From IMG/VR virus record IMGVR_UViG_3300037466_001622: a stretch of DNA of 64,000 nucleotides. One strand, 5' to 3'. The DNA comes from an uncultured virus (IMG/VR IMGVR_UViG_3300037466_001622). Lineage: Duplodnaviria > Heunggongvirae > Uroviricota > Caudoviricetes. The notes beneath the pieces are model-generated. The model saw only the letters and a list, made by a program, of their open reading frames with translations. It was not told where the DNA came from and ran no database searches. Below, piece by piece: positions 54,864 through 64,000 of the stretch. The position numbers were made by a program, and so were the translations under genes. The number at the start of each line of letters is the position of its first letter. Position 1 is the stretch's first letter.

Positions 54864-55093
54864 CCGTACCGCTCCAGCAGCGCAGCCATATCCTCGTCGC
54901 TCGGCCCGGCATCTTTGTTCTCGCCGCCGTTCAACTCGTTAAAGCCGTCGATCGCCATCATGTACTCGGTGAGCGTCGACCGCCAGAAAACCTCGGGAGT
55001 CCAATGAAGGGCGCCAAACGCGCCCTTCATCCAATCCCGCCAAGGCCACGGCCTTTCTATCCCGCCGCCACCGGAGCGGCGTCGCCGTTTCCC
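54860..55093 (-). CDS. Tail assembly chaperone GT extension via -1 frameshift
   Basis: Slippery G GGA AAC at 55093-55087; -1 frame reads ...LHWTPEVFWRSTLTEY...LLERYG*. Confidence 0.8.
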   Translation of the reverse strand, partial: GKRRRRSGGGGIERPWPWRDWMKGAFGALHWTPEVFWRSTLTEYMMAIDGFNELNGGENKDAGPSDEDMAALLERYG

Positions 55094-55395
55094 TCGTCAT
55101 CCTTGAAATGATGAGAAAGCGCCAGCGCAAAGGCGTCGGCGCATGCCTTGAAGTGCTTGAGCTTAAGCTTGGCAGCGGCAGCCGCCGCGTCACCGCGCAC
55201 GGTCAGCAGTTCGATGGCGGCATTGGTTGCCGCCACCTCAACGCCAGACAGGCGCACAAACAGGTCCCCAAGCGACTTGCATTCCAGCCGCGTGGAGACC
55301 GCGGCAAGGCCCTGCATAGTGGCAGCAATTACGAGGTCAACGCCGCCCACGTTAAGTGCGACTTCCCCTCTCGCGCCGTTAACCTCTAATGCCAT
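55057..55395 (-). CDS. Tail assembly chaperone G
   Basis: VNGARGEVAL; follows the tail tube gene. Confidence 0.8.
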   Translation of the reverse strand: MALEVNGARGEVALNVGGVDLVIAATMQGLAAVSTRLECKSLGDLFVRLSGVEVAATNAAIELLTVRGDAAAAAAKLKLKHFKACADAFALALSHHFKDDEGNGDAAPVAAG

Positions 55396-55399
55396 TCAC

Positions 55400-55834
55400 T
55401 TACTCCGCAACAAACGAAAGGGCGCCGGCAGCATTGAAGGTGCCGTTAAAGCCCATGGTGCCTTCCTGCTCGCCAGTCAGTTCAAACGAGGTCACATACC
55501 AGGATCCGGTAAAGGTTCCGAGACCGGGGACGATGACCTTCGCGTTGAACGCCGTAGCGGCAGTGACGTAGCCCATAAAGGTGTTCTGAGCGTCGCCAGC
55601 AACGAACTTGCCCGACCCGGTAAAGGTGCGGTTCTTGATGCCGGGAACGCCAGTCTTTTGCGGCGTGTTGCCGGGATTGTCGCAGTCGGGGATGGTGGTG
55701 TCGACGTCGTTGGCCGACATATTGAAAGAGCGCGTCTGCAGGCCGCAGAGGTTGGTGAAGGTCTCAGGGCTGCCGCCGTCACCGATTTGGATAAGCAAAA
55801 GACGGCCAGTCTGCTGGCCGGGAGTAACTGCCAT
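55400..55834 (-). CDS. Major tail tube protein
   Basis: GRLLLIQIGDG..PETF...CGL...VDTTIPDC. Confidence 0.9.
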   Translation of the reverse strand: MAVTPGQQTGRLLLIQIGDGGSPETFTNLCGLQTRSFNMSANDVDTTIPDCDNPGNTPQKTGVPGIKNRTFTGSGKFVAGDAQNTFMGYVTAATAFNAKVIVPGLGTFTGSWYVTSFELTGEQEGTMGFNGTFNAAGALSFVAE

Positions 55835-55873
55835 TTTAGGCTCCTATAGAGGGGATTGTGGTTTGGTCGCGGT

Positions 55874-56302
55874 CTAGGATTCGATTACCGCTTCGAAGTC
55901 GATGACCGCATGGCCAGTCACGCCGTCTTGGTCATAGAACACCCGCTCGCCGCGGTGCTCCAGCGTCACTAGCCGCTTGCTTGGCAGTGCTAGTGGGTAG
56001 TCATGCAGTGCGTTGGCAATCTCATAAGCGATTGCCCTGGCGTCCTGCAGCGCGCCCCCGGTATTCGGAAGCGGATTGCTTTCGTCGGTCCAGACGTGGA
56101 TTGCCAGATCGACAATCGTGCCGCTAACGCATTGCATGTCGGCTCGCCTTGTAGTGGCGTCATCGACAGTCACATAAGGCGGCGAGAATGACGCTGGCGG
56201 CCGATAGAAAATCTTGCTGGCCGGAACCAGGCTTGTCAGCGCAGTGTAGTTGCGCAGTCTTGCCGTCGCTACGCCGACGAGCTCGTGTGCCGGAGCGGAC
56301 AT
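55874..56302 (-). CDS. Tail terminator (DUF3168-like)
   Basis: PYVT, IHVW, DGVTGHAV; synteny. Confidence 0.8.
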   Translation of the reverse strand: MSAPAHELVGVATARLRNYTALTSLVPASKIFYRPPASFSPPYVTVDDATTRRADMQCVSGTIVDLAIHVWTDESNPLPNTGGALQDARAIAYEIANALHDYPLALPSKRLVTLEHRGERVFYDQDGVTGHAVIDFEAVIES

Positions 56303-56311
56303 GGCATTTCC

Positions 56312-56815
56312 TTACTTGCTGCTAGCAGCCTTGACTGCTTTGCTTATGGCGCGGCTAATTTTGGCCTTGGCAGCCTTGCGCATGGCCTTCCAAGTGTAGA
56401 AAACGAATGGCTGCGCGCGGGAGCCGGGATGGTCGACGGATGGCGTGGAGACGCGCGTGCCGTCCTTAGCCGTAAACACAAGGTTGTTTCCGTTGCGCCC
56501 CGTTATCTTGTGGGGAGCCGTTCCATGCTCGACAAATTTCCATGTGAAGTCAGCGTAGACACCGGTTGCATCCGGATCCTTGGACGGATTGCCGCCAATC
56601 GCCTTTGCGCCAGGCATATCGGCCTGCCGCGCACCGATGATACTGTCTTTCAACGCTCCGGTCGCGCCAGTCGGTGCCCTTGATGCAATGCGGCTGGCCG
56701 CCTCTCGAGCAACCTCAAGCTTCGCCTGCGCTGCTGCCGCGGTAGCCTCTGGCACCAACTCGTCAAGTCGTCGCTGCAATGCTTCGCGGCCGATAATCTT
56801 GGTTTGGAATGCCAC
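56312..56815 (-). CDS. HK97 gp10-like tail completion protein
   Basis: AP...TGALKDSI, FVEHGT, HPGSRAQPF. Confidence 0.85.
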   Translation of the reverse strand: MAFQTKIIGREALQRRLDELVPEATAAAAQAKLEVAREAASRIASRAPTGATGALKDSIIGARQADMPGAKAIGGNPSKDPDATGVYADFTWKFVEHGTAPHKITGRNGNNLVFTAKDGTRVSTPSVDHPGSRAQPFVFYTWKAMRKAAKAKISRAISKAVKAASSK

Positions 56816-57198
56816 TACGATGCCTCGCCTTCGACACATAGCATCTCAAGATAGGCGCCCTGCTCATCCGGGTTGATGATCGTCTTGATGTTCCAGAGTC
56901 GCGCAGGCTTGCCGTCTACGATGCCCTTTCGAGCATCATAGAAGCGCCAGTCAGCGCGCACGGCGCGCGTGTCCGCGCATCCGCGCACCGTGAGATTATA
57001 AGGCTGCAGAGATGCGAGGCGCGCCGCTGTGACGGTCTCTGAGGTCAAGCGTGGCGCGATTGGCGCGAGCCGAGCAGAGATGGTGAACACGTCGACAAAG
57101 TCGCCAGTGACGTCGTTGCCGTACTCGTCCTGCACCACCGCGCGCCGCTGAAACGTCACTTTGCAGTTTAGGGAGCCTGCGCCGCTTCGCTTGGCCAT
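56815..57198 (-). CDS. Head closure/head-tail adaptor
   Basis: AGSL..KVTFQ...DEYGN. Confidence 0.8.
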   Translation of the reverse strand: MAKRSGAGSLNCKVTFQRRAVVQDEYGNDVTGDFVDVFTISARLAPIAPRLTSETVTAARLASLQPYNLTVRGCADTRAVRADWRFYDARKGIVDGKPARLWNIKTIINPDEQGAYLEMLCVEGEAS

Positions 57199-57377
57199 TC
57201 TTGCGGATCCACTTCTATCGGAGTCGCGTCCTTGCTGGCCTTGCGCAGCCGAATAGCTACGCCCGCAGCAGTCGCCTTGTCGGCGCAATCTCGCGTCACG
57301 TTGAAATCGCCAACCGGGTACGCAATGGTAAATCCCGGCTGGCGATAATCCCAAGGCTGGCTAAACCGCACCCACAT
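57168..57377 (-). CDS. Hypothetical virion-module protein
   Basis: MWVRF...DY...TIAYP.G; coupled. Confidence 0.6.
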   Translation of the reverse strand: MWVRFSQPWDYRQPGFTIAYPVGDFNVTRDCADKATAAGVAIRLRKASKDATPIEVDPQEWPSEAAQAP

Positions 57378-57784
57378 TACAGCGCGGCGTCGGGCGCCTG
57401 AATATCGACATTGATGCTGGTGGCGCTGGTGGCCATGCCGATAAACGCAGGATGGTCGCCGGTCGTCAGGTCGCCAACGGGCACAATGGCACCCGGCGTG
57501 CCGCCGAGGTAATAGGCGACGCCAGGCGTAACGGTCGCGCCAATCGTGATGGCGCCGCTAGTCAGAACGGCAAGCGGCTGGCCGGAAGCGGCGGCATGCA
57601 GTGCAATACCTTTCGGCTTGCGCACGATCGCCGAGGCGTCGTTGGTGTCGGCAAGCTTGTAGGTGTTGTCCGCCGCCTTATAGACGACCTGGCCGGCCGT
57701 CACAGAGGCACCAGCGGTGCCGTTGTCGCGCGTAGAGTTCGCGCCGGCCAGGACACTGGCCGCGGTGATGGTAAGTGCCGTCAA
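57377..57784 (-). CDS. Putative capsid cement/decoration protein
   Basis: AGASVTAGQVVY...GIALHAA..GQP. Confidence 0.65.
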   Translation of the reverse strand: MTALTITAASVLAGANSTRDNGTAGASVTAGQVVYKAADNTYKLADTNDASAIVRKPKGIALHAAASGQPLAVLTSGAITIGATVTPGVAYYLGGTPGAIVPVGDLTTGDHPAFIGMATSATSINVDIQAPDAAL

Positions 57785-57802
57785 TGCGGCCTCCTGTTTG
57801 TT

Positions 57803-58390
57803 TTAACTAGGCCAAAATCTTAGTGGCATAAGCAGCGCGTCGACGCCTTTTGGCATCTCCGACAGGCTGATTTCAGCCGCGTTCTCACGATGCTCATACC
57901 ATTGCGCCACAAGCAGCATGATTGCGTGCTTAACGACTGGAGGAGTTGTCTCGTATCCGGCTGTAAACGTGATTTTTACGGATTCTGGCTCAAGCCTTGT
58001 GTTCGGCCAGGTCGACCCGAATGCCGGCAGCACGAAACCGGCAGAGTTGACGGAATCTATGCCAAACTCCCTAAAATCAGATATCGTCTGCGTCGTTCCG
58101 TTGATGTCGACATACTCAATGGCATCAACAGACCGGAGCGGCGGAAGCGGAAGCGCTATCTTGCCGCACTTATCTGACGGAAAGCCGTCTAAAATCAATT
58201 GCCACTTGCGCTCCGCTATGCTTCGCCCAAGCCAGGCCGGATCAGGTCCGTCAACGTGACTGGCGGCGACGGCAATTAGCGACTCAAGATAGGCATCATC
58301 GTCATCGAAGTCGACGGCGCGGACCTGGCTTTTAATCTCTGCCGCTGTAACGAGTGGCGCCGAAGCGTCAGTTATCAACTTCAGCGCCAT
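57803..58390 (-). CDS. Head-tail connector (gp6-like)
   Basis: VTAAEIK...DDAYL...AIMLLVAQWYEHRE. Confidence 0.9.
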   Translation of the reverse strand: MALKLITDASAPLVTAAEIKSQVRAVDFDDDDAYLESLIAVAASHVDGPDPAWLGRSIAERKWQLILDGFPSDKCGKIALPLPPLRSVDAIEYVDINGTTQTISDFREFGIDSVNSAGFVLPAFGSTWPNTRLEPESVKITFTAGYETTPPVVKHAIMLLVAQWYEHRENAAEISLSEMPKGVDALLMPLRFWPS

Positions 58391-58395
58391 TTCGC

Positions 58396-58647
58396 CTATT
58401 TCCTACGTCTGCGATTATCAACGCGGTTTTCAGGGGCCACAAACATTGCCCCAACCTCTGGCTCGACTGCGACTGCCTCATCGACATCATCGATAGGATT
58501 CAGCGGGGCCGCTTCCTCAATGTACTTTTCGAAGAGAAGGCCATCGGTTGACGAGCCAAAATCCTCACGCTCGTCGCCGATAATCAGCTCGACGGCGTGA
58601 ATGCCGTCCGCATAATATGCGAACGGCCTCACAACTTTATACGCCAT
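58396..58647 (-). CDS. Hypothetical head-module protein
   Basis: Coupled ORF, APENR C-terminus. Confidence 0.6.
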   Translation of the reverse strand: MAYKVVRPFAYYADGIHAVELIIGDEREDFGSSTDGLLFEKYIEEAAPLNPIDDVDEAVAVEPEVGAMFVAPENRVDNRRRRK

Positions 58648-59081
58648 TACGCGGGCGGGTTAGCCGAAGGCTTACTGCGCGCGTTGCCAAGCAGCCAGAC
58701 GCCCGCGACGCAGGCGTTGCCGGTGTTGTTGGCGGGGGTAATGGTCACGCGCACATAGCGCTTCGGGCCGATATAGCCGATCTTGAACACCTTGTCGTCG
58801 TCGGCGAAGGTGAAGCCGGCAAGCACTTCCGTGCCAAGCAGGAAGGTGTCGGCAACCGCAGAGGCGTCCGACAGATTTGACGCGTCGCCATCCTCAACCA
58901 GGACGGTGAAAGTCGCGTCGGCATCAGCCAGCGAACCGGTCAGGATCAAGAATTCGACCGAAGAGTAACCGGACGTGTCGACAATCTGCGAAACGATCGC
59001 GGTGTTATCGGTCTGCGCCGCTGCGACCGGCGAAATGCCGCGCTTGGGCGCAATGTTATTGTGAAGGTCTTTCGAAGCCAT
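58647..59081 (-). CDS. Putative head decoration protein
   Basis: VDTSGY...IGYIG.KRYVR; follows the capsid gene. Confidence 0.7.
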   Translation of the reverse strand: MASKDLHNNIAPKRGISPVAAAQTDNTAIVSQIVDTSGYSSVEFLILTGSLADADATFTVLVEDGDASNLSDASAVADTFLLGTEVLAGFTFADDDKVFKIGYIGPKRYVRVTITPANNTGNACVAGVWLLGNARSKPSANPPA

Positions 59082-59145
59082 ATGGCTTACTCCTTTTCAG
59101 AATGGGGTTGGGCGGCCACTAAGGACCGCCCGCCAATGGCCAAGA

Positions 59146-60435
59146 TTAGACCGAGCACTTCAGCTTGCGGATGGCTTCCGCCAGAGTGACCTGGCCGCCA
59201 AGACGCTTGCGGAAGATGAAGCGGATGTTACCCGCAGTCGCCTGCGTGTACGGGTCGCGCAGCATCGACATCTGAACGCGGTCAACCAGCGTGTACGCCT
59301 TGGCGAAGTCGCCGTAAGCGACCGGATAGGCGTTCGCGCCCTCGGACGGCATATCCGGCACCTCGACATAGGGGTCGCCATCAATGGTGTTCGGGCGGCC
59401 GAGCGCAATGCCAGGCATCCAGATGTAGTTCTTCTGCGCGTCCTTCAGCTTGCGCACCGAAGCGAGCGTGCTGCGGTTCAGCGCCCACGAAGCATTGCGG
59501 GTGTAAGCCGTCTTGATGCCGTACTTCAGCGAAAGCAGACCGTTGGCCTGGCCGTCCGAGTCAGCGATCGTCGCAGCGGTACCCGAAACGGTCTCCGCAA
59601 CGCCGGCAGCGGTCATCCAGCCTTCCGGCTTGCCGATGCCGTTGCCCGAAACAACTGCGGCGCCTTCGGCAACAGCGAACTGCTCGGTGGCTTCGCCGCT
59701 AATCTCGGCCTCCATGCTGAACGCCGAGTCCTCGAGGTTCTGCTCGCTGATATCGATCAGGGCATACATCTCGTGGGTCGGGATTTCCCACATGCCGTAA
59801 CGCAGGCCGTCCGTCTCGGCGCGAGTGCCCTGCTCGGCAACCCACTGAGCGGCAAACTGGCCGGTACGCTTCGGGATCAGGATGGCCTTGGAAGCGGTGG
59901 AACGAACGCGAACGAGCGAACGAACCGGGCTGATTTCCGTGACGCTCTTGATGATCTCGCGAACGTACTCCATCGGGGCCAGATAACCACCAGTCGTGTC
60001 GTTGCCGACCGACATGGCCTTATATTCGGCCTCGACTTCCTTGAACAGCTTCTGCTGATCAGCGGTCAGATTGGCAACGCCGTTGATGTTGGCGGAAACA
60101 ACGCCGCGCGCCCACGACTCGTGGCGCTTCTTCATCTCGGAAGCCTTGTCGGCCGGCGAACCGCCGCGGAGCTCAAGCTTGGCGAGCTTCTCTTCGATCT
60201 CGTCAACGTGCTTCTTCTCTTCGTCGGCGGCCTTCTTGGCCTCCAGCAGAGCGGCGGTCGCCTTCTGATTGGCGTCTTCGAACTTCTGCAGTTCGGTTTC
60301 GATCTTGCTGAGCTTCTCGGTCACGACCGGGTCAGCAACACCCTTCTTCTTGATTTCGGCGAGCGCGGCATCATTGGTGGCCTTGAATTCCTCAAAAGCC
60401 GTCATGACCTGCTCAATGGCAGTCTTCTCAGACAT
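59146..60435 (-). CDS. Major capsid protein, HK97 fold
   Basis: Delta-domain coiled coil, GGYLAP, LKDAQKNYIW, YGDF..AYT.VDR, LRDPYT. Confidence 0.97.
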   Translation of the reverse strand: MSEKTAIEQVMTAFEEFKATNDAALAEIKKKGVADPVVTEKLSKIETELQKFEDANQKATAALLEAKKAADEEKKHVDEIEEKLAKLELRGGSPADKASEMKKRHESWARGVVSANINGVANLTADQQKLFKEVEAEYKAMSVGNDTTGGYLAPMEYVREIIKSVTEISPVRSLVRVRSTASKAILIPKRTGQFAAQWVAEQGTRAETDGLRYGMWEIPTHEMYALIDISEQNLEDSAFSMEAEISGEATEQFAVAEGAAVVSGNGIGKPEGWMTAAGVAETVSGTAATIADSDGQANGLLSLKYGIKTAYTRNASWALNRSTLASVRKLKDAQKNYIWMPGIALGRPNTIDGDPYVEVPDMPSEGANAYPVAYGDFAKAYTLVDRVQMSMLRDPYTQATAGNIRFIFRKRLGGQVTLAEAIRKLKCSV

Positions 60436-60476
60436 GATATTTCCTTGTGAATTTGGATTGTTGACAGGCTGCCGCG

Positions 60477-61175
60477 TTATGCGGCGAGCGCCCGAATGCG
60501 TTCGGCAAGCGAGCGCAGTTCTGCCGACCCATCCTCGTCACGAGGAGCAGTTCCCGGCTCTGCTTCGTCGCGAAGCAGCATGCTTTTGAAGACCGCGACA
60601 GCTTTCACGCTATCCGACCGCGACAAGCCTGCTTCTCGCAGGCCGTCTTCGACAATTCGCGGATTGAATTCGTTCTTGACGCTGGTTATGCGAGCCTTTG
60701 TGTTAGCCGGGAACGTCACCAGGCTAACCTCCAGAAGGTCGACAGCGTTGAGCGTGCGGCGAGGCTCTTCAGGCTTCGTCTGCATGGCCCAATCAACCGC
60801 CCGAAAGCCGATCGACAAGCCGCTATAGGCTGGTCGCGGCGTCATCTTCAGGAGCTCATAAGCCTCTTTGCCCTTTTCCGTGTTGGCAAGCTTGCCCTCA
60901 ACGTAAAGGCCAACATCGTCCTCTCGCATCTCGGTCCAGACGCCGATAGGCGTGCAGTCCTCGCCGAACATGCCGCCGTGCTGCGACAGCATAGCCGGCC
61001 AAATGCCGCTCTTTTTGGCGTCCGCAAGCGTTTTCTTGAATGCGCCCTTGGCGATCACATCGCCATAGGAGTCGACGTTTCCAAAAACCGCGCCGTAGCC
61101 GGAAAAAGTCATATCGCCGTCTGCGCCAGCAAGTTTTACCTCGCCTAGCGATACGGACATGCGTTCAATCGTCAT
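60477..61175 (-). CDS. HK97-family prohead protease
   Basis: FSGYGAVFGNVD, GLSIGF, LLEVSLVTFPAN. Confidence 0.96.
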   Translation of the reverse strand: MTIERMSVSLGEVKLAGADGDMTFSGYGAVFGNVDSYGDVIAKGAFKKTLADAKKSGIWPAMLSQHGGMFGEDCTPIGVWTEMREDDVGLYVEGKLANTEKGKEAYELLKMTPRPAYSGLSIGFRAVDWAMQTKPEEPRRTLNAVDLLEVSLVTFPANTKARITSVKNEFNPRIVEDGLREAGLSRSDSVKAVAVFKSMLLRDEAEPGTAPRDEDGSAELRSLAERIRALAA

Positions 61176-62410
61176 TGATTGTTGCCCTTCGGCGGCTTGC
61201 CGCCATTGTCGCCGCCTGCGGGCGCCACATTTGTTGGCTTCGGAAGCTGTGAAGCGTCGCCGCCCATCGGGTTTAGACCCTCCTTGGCGCGCACTTCGTC
61301 TTGCGTCATCCATGCCGGCGAGCCACCGGATCCGAGAGCCTTGGTGAAGTACTCTGAGCGGTCCTTGGTCGCGCCGCGCTCAAGTGCCCACGAGTCGAAT
61401 TTAGCGCAGTAACCGTTGTCGAAATCGTCGCCAAGCAAATCGCAGTTGATCGACGCCTCGATGCGCTCCCACCATGGCAAAAGCGTATGCTTTATATGAG
61501 CATCAAAGAATGCCTCAGCGCTGGCAAAGGTCGACGTCTTGTCGGAGAAGCCAACCATCTGCGGAAAGACCTTGAAGGCGCTACAGATTTCAACAATCTG
61601 GTGCTTTCTGGTCTCAAGATGCTGCGCATCAACGCCGGTCATCGACCTTGGAGACCACTCCAGGCCGGAATCGATGACGAGCGGCTTGTGCTTGTTTGCA
61701 CCACCTACTTGGGCGGCAATCCACGCCTGAAGCTGCTTGTATTTTTCAGGATCGATCTTCTGGTCGCTCGAAAGCACGCCGGACATTTGCATGCCGTTGG
61801 CATGAAGCTCGCCCTGGGTCGCTTCAGTGGCCATCGCGAGGCCGATTGCCTCTCGAGCGCGCCGCGTGGCGTCCATTCCGAGCCACGTATTCCACGACGG
61901 GCCGCGCACGTGCCACACCAACTCCTGCGGCACAGTCATTGACTGACCGTTTACAGTCGTGACGTGGTATGTAAGCGAATAGTCATCGTTCCTGATTATG
62001 GAAACATTGCCAGGCTCAAGGGGTAGAAGCCCCTTGACCTTGCCGCGGACCATAACCTTAAGAAAAAAGGCATTTCCGGTTAGCATGAGATGGAAAATCA
62101 TAGTCTCACGCATGCCGAAACTGGTCTGCCAGTCGTTTGGCTTACGAAAAAGCACCGGATAAAGAGGATGTTCAGGCGCCGGCACACTTCCGTGCCCGCC
62201 GTCAGTCTCTTTCATGATCTGCAGCGGCACCTGAGCAACGCCATCAGCTACGGCGCGAACGCAAGCAAGCACAGTTGTGACGTCTAGCGCCGTGTCCCAA
62301 TCGACCGATGCGCCTGATTTCGTCGCCTTGCTTGCAAACCAGGAGTCGAATTCTGCGCTATACGTGACCTTCTTGGCCTCTCGGCCGAACAGCCTAGCCC
62401 AAATGCCCAT
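61172..62410 (-). CDS. HK97-family portal protein
   Basis: VLACV, KPNDWQT, LTGNA, VWHVR, MTQDEVRAKEGLNP. Confidence 0.96.
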   Translation of the reverse strand: MGIWARLFGREAKKVTYSAEFDSWFASKATKSGASVDWDTALDVTTVLACVRAVADGVAQVPLQIMKETDGGHGSVPAPEHPLYPVLFRKPNDWQTSFGMRETMIFHLMLTGNAFFLKVMVRGKVKGLLPLEPGNVSIIRNDDYSLTYHVTTVNGQSMTVPQELVWHVRGPSWNTWLGMDATRRAREAIGLAMATEATQGELHANGMQMSGVLSSDQKIDPEKYKQLQAWIAAQVGGANKHKPLVIDSGLEWSPRSMTGVDAQHLETRKHQIVEICSAFKVFPQMVGFSDKTSTFASAEAFFDAHIKHTLLPWWERIEASINCDLLGDDFDNGYCAKFDSWALERGATKDRSEYFTKALGSGGSPAWMTQDEVRAKEGLNPMGGDASQLPKPTNVAPAGGDNGGKPPKGNNQ

Positions 62411-62451
62411 GCGGCAATTCTCGCTTCTATGAAAATCGCCGCAAAATCGGC

Positions 62452-64000
62452 TTAAATTGGTGGCGGCTCAGCCATTATTGGCGCTGGTGATGAGTAGTCG
62501 ACTGCCGGGTCAAGGACTTCCCAAAAAGACTTGCCTTTTTCTATTGGCTTACCATCAACAGCAGCGCCGACCGCCATGCACAAGGCAACAGCCGGATCGA
62601 TGCGCACCGTTGACTTCTTTTTGCTGAGCCACTGGTTGCCCATAAGCGGGTCGGTCTCAACTTGTGTGCCCATAATCGCGCCCATTAGCACCGGGGAAGA
62701 CCGCAGCCTTATGCGGCCCTCGAGAATAAGAGTCTCGAGCGCGGACATAGATCCAGGCATCCATAATCCAAGCGGCGGATCATCGCCGTTGGCTTTTGCT
62801 TCCTCGACCTTGTCAGCATCTGGCTTGGCGCGCTTCTTGCCGCCTTGCGGATGCGCTACAGTCTTTAGCTCGACTCCGTATTCGTCAAGTTCCTGCTCAA
62901 ACTTATCAAACACGTAACGGTCATAAGCCAGCACGCCAATGCCATGCTCAGCATTGAGGCGCGCAAATAGTGCAGCAACATGGTCGTACCGTACGCGAGC
63001 GCCAGGAGGTGCATTGATGTACCCTTGCTCCATCCACAGTCGATAAGGCACATGGTCGACCTTGGACCGCTCATCCATCGTATCGTAAGGCGTAAACGCC
63101 TCAATCCACGCATCGTAAGTAGGCAAGTCAGCCTCGGTGCCGTCTGCGCGCGTAACGCGCTTTGTGCCGGTCTCCCTAATAAATGCGGCCGCGGTCAAGT
63201 CTTTGGCGCCGGAAAGGTCTAGCCCCGCGGCATCAATCTTGCCGGCCCCATCCTCGTACGGATCGAAATCCGCCATAACCTTTTCCACCAAGGGTCGAGG
63301 TATCCATGACGTATCGGCCTCGGTCCAGACGCAGAAATGCAGTCGCAAGATGCCGTTGCGCTTCGACGGAATGTCCTTTGCCTGCGCAACAACGCCAGCC
63401 AAGTAGTCATGCTTAAGCGTAACGCCGAAAAGCGGGTTTGCCTTCTGCCAGCAAGTCGGATCAGAGAACGGGTCATCGTCCTTGTCTAGCGCGCACACAT
63501 AACTGAATGTGCTGTCGCTGCCATCCCAAGTATCACCTACATAGGTGAAATCGTCGTCTGGGGTCTGCGTTCCTGCAGCCACCTTGACGGCGTATTGATG
63601 CTCATCCCAACAGATCGTGGTGCGATCGCTGCCGGAGTTCGTAATCATGAACAGCAGCGGTGAGCGGCGGAATTTAAAGCCGCGCTCTAGCATTTCTAGC
63701 ACCTTGCCGTCAGGGTGCTCATGGATCTCATCGCACAGGGCGATATATGGGCGCGGCCCGCTGTGTGCGCCCTCGCGAGAGATTGGGCGGAAGAAGCTGC
63801 GCTTCTTCATGTACGACAGATTCCAAACCGGATTGCCACCCGATTTAGTAAGTGTCGCCTTTAACTTCGGCGACTGCTCATACATCGCGACCGCGTCGCG
63901 AAATAGAACAAATGCCTGGTCCTTGTTGGCGGCCGCGGCGTAAATCTCTGCTGCTGCCTCTCCATCCGCAACCATGCCATAGTGGCCAATGCCACCGGCC
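62452..64000 (-). CDS. terL: Terminase large subunit (5' end outside window)
   Basis: AAANKDQA, Walker B CDEIHE, ITNSG, WQKANP, GLDLS, RIDPAVA. Confidence 0.96.
   Translation of the reverse strand, partial: AGGIGHYGMVADGEAAAEIYAAAANKDQAFVLFRDAVAMYEQSPKLKATLTKSGGNPVWNLSYMKKRSFFRPISREGAHSGPRPYIALCDEIHEHPDGKVLEMLERGFKFRRSPLLFMITNSGSDRTTICWDEHQYAVKVAAGTQTPDDDFTYVGDTWDGSDSTFSYVCALDKDDDPFSDPTCWQKANPLFGVTLKHDYLAGVVAQAKDIPSKRNGILRLHFCVWTEADTSWIPRPLVEKVMADFDPYEDGAGKIDAAGLDLSGAKDLTAAAFIRETGTKRVTRADGTEADLPTYDAWIEAFTPYDTMDERSKVDHVPYRLWMEQGYINAPPGARVRYDHVAALFARLNAEHGIGVLAYDRYVFDKFEQELDEYGVELKTVAHPQGGKKRAKPDADKVEEAKANGDDPPLGLWMPGSMSALETLILEGRIRLRSSPVLMGAIMGTQVETDPLMGNQWLSKKKSTVRIDPAVALCMAVGAAVDGKPIEKGKSFWEVLDPAVDYSSPAPIMAEPPPI

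Larger units (their letters stand above)
1..64000. mobile_element. Temperate siphovirus genome (HK97-like head, long non-contractile tail), near complete, attP configuration
   Basis: Contiguous terminase-portal-protease-capsid-tail-lysis genes, cI/cro, integrase, replication module; no host housekeeping flanks; att core has phage genes on both sides. Confidence 0.97.

Overview
The window is almost the whole genome of a temperate, HK97-type (cos/HNH packaging) siphovirus. Its host is probably an alphaproteobacterium (Rhizobiales), inferred from gene content and ssrA-tag-like motifs. It is in the excised/virion arrangement: a tRNA-Thr(GGT)-derived attP core lies mid-window next to the integrase, the terminase runs off the right edge and the packaging HNH sits at the left edge. 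Modules from left to right: HNH nucleases and a late regulator (0-3 kb); an iteron-rich putative ori, primase-helicase, two DNA methyltransferases, helicase, sigma factor, recombination genes, an HslV-like peptidase and a beta clamp (3-19 kb, minus); a cro/cI switch (19-20.4 kb); a rightward early arm with tRNA-Pro, Pnkp, RNA ligase, xis, int and attP (20.5-27.5 kb); an IS256 inserted into a phage gene; DnaQ; a leftward accessory operon (lipoprotein serine protease, MotA/ExbB-like and MotB/ExbD-like membrane pair, nucleotide-processing enzymes; 32.7-40.3 kb); lysis; an FkbM moron; tail and head genes (41-64 kb, minus). Most notable: (1) a phage-encoded MotAB/ExbBD-like ion-channel module; (2) genome-encoded mimics of the tmRNA tag (AANDN...AA) in many unrelated proteins; (3) a tRNA-Pro with an atypical anticodon loop directly upstream of an RNA repair pair; (4) an 11-site operator regulon; (5) a C5 methyltransferase split over two overlapping frames. 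All product calls come from motif recognition by eye; no database search was run.
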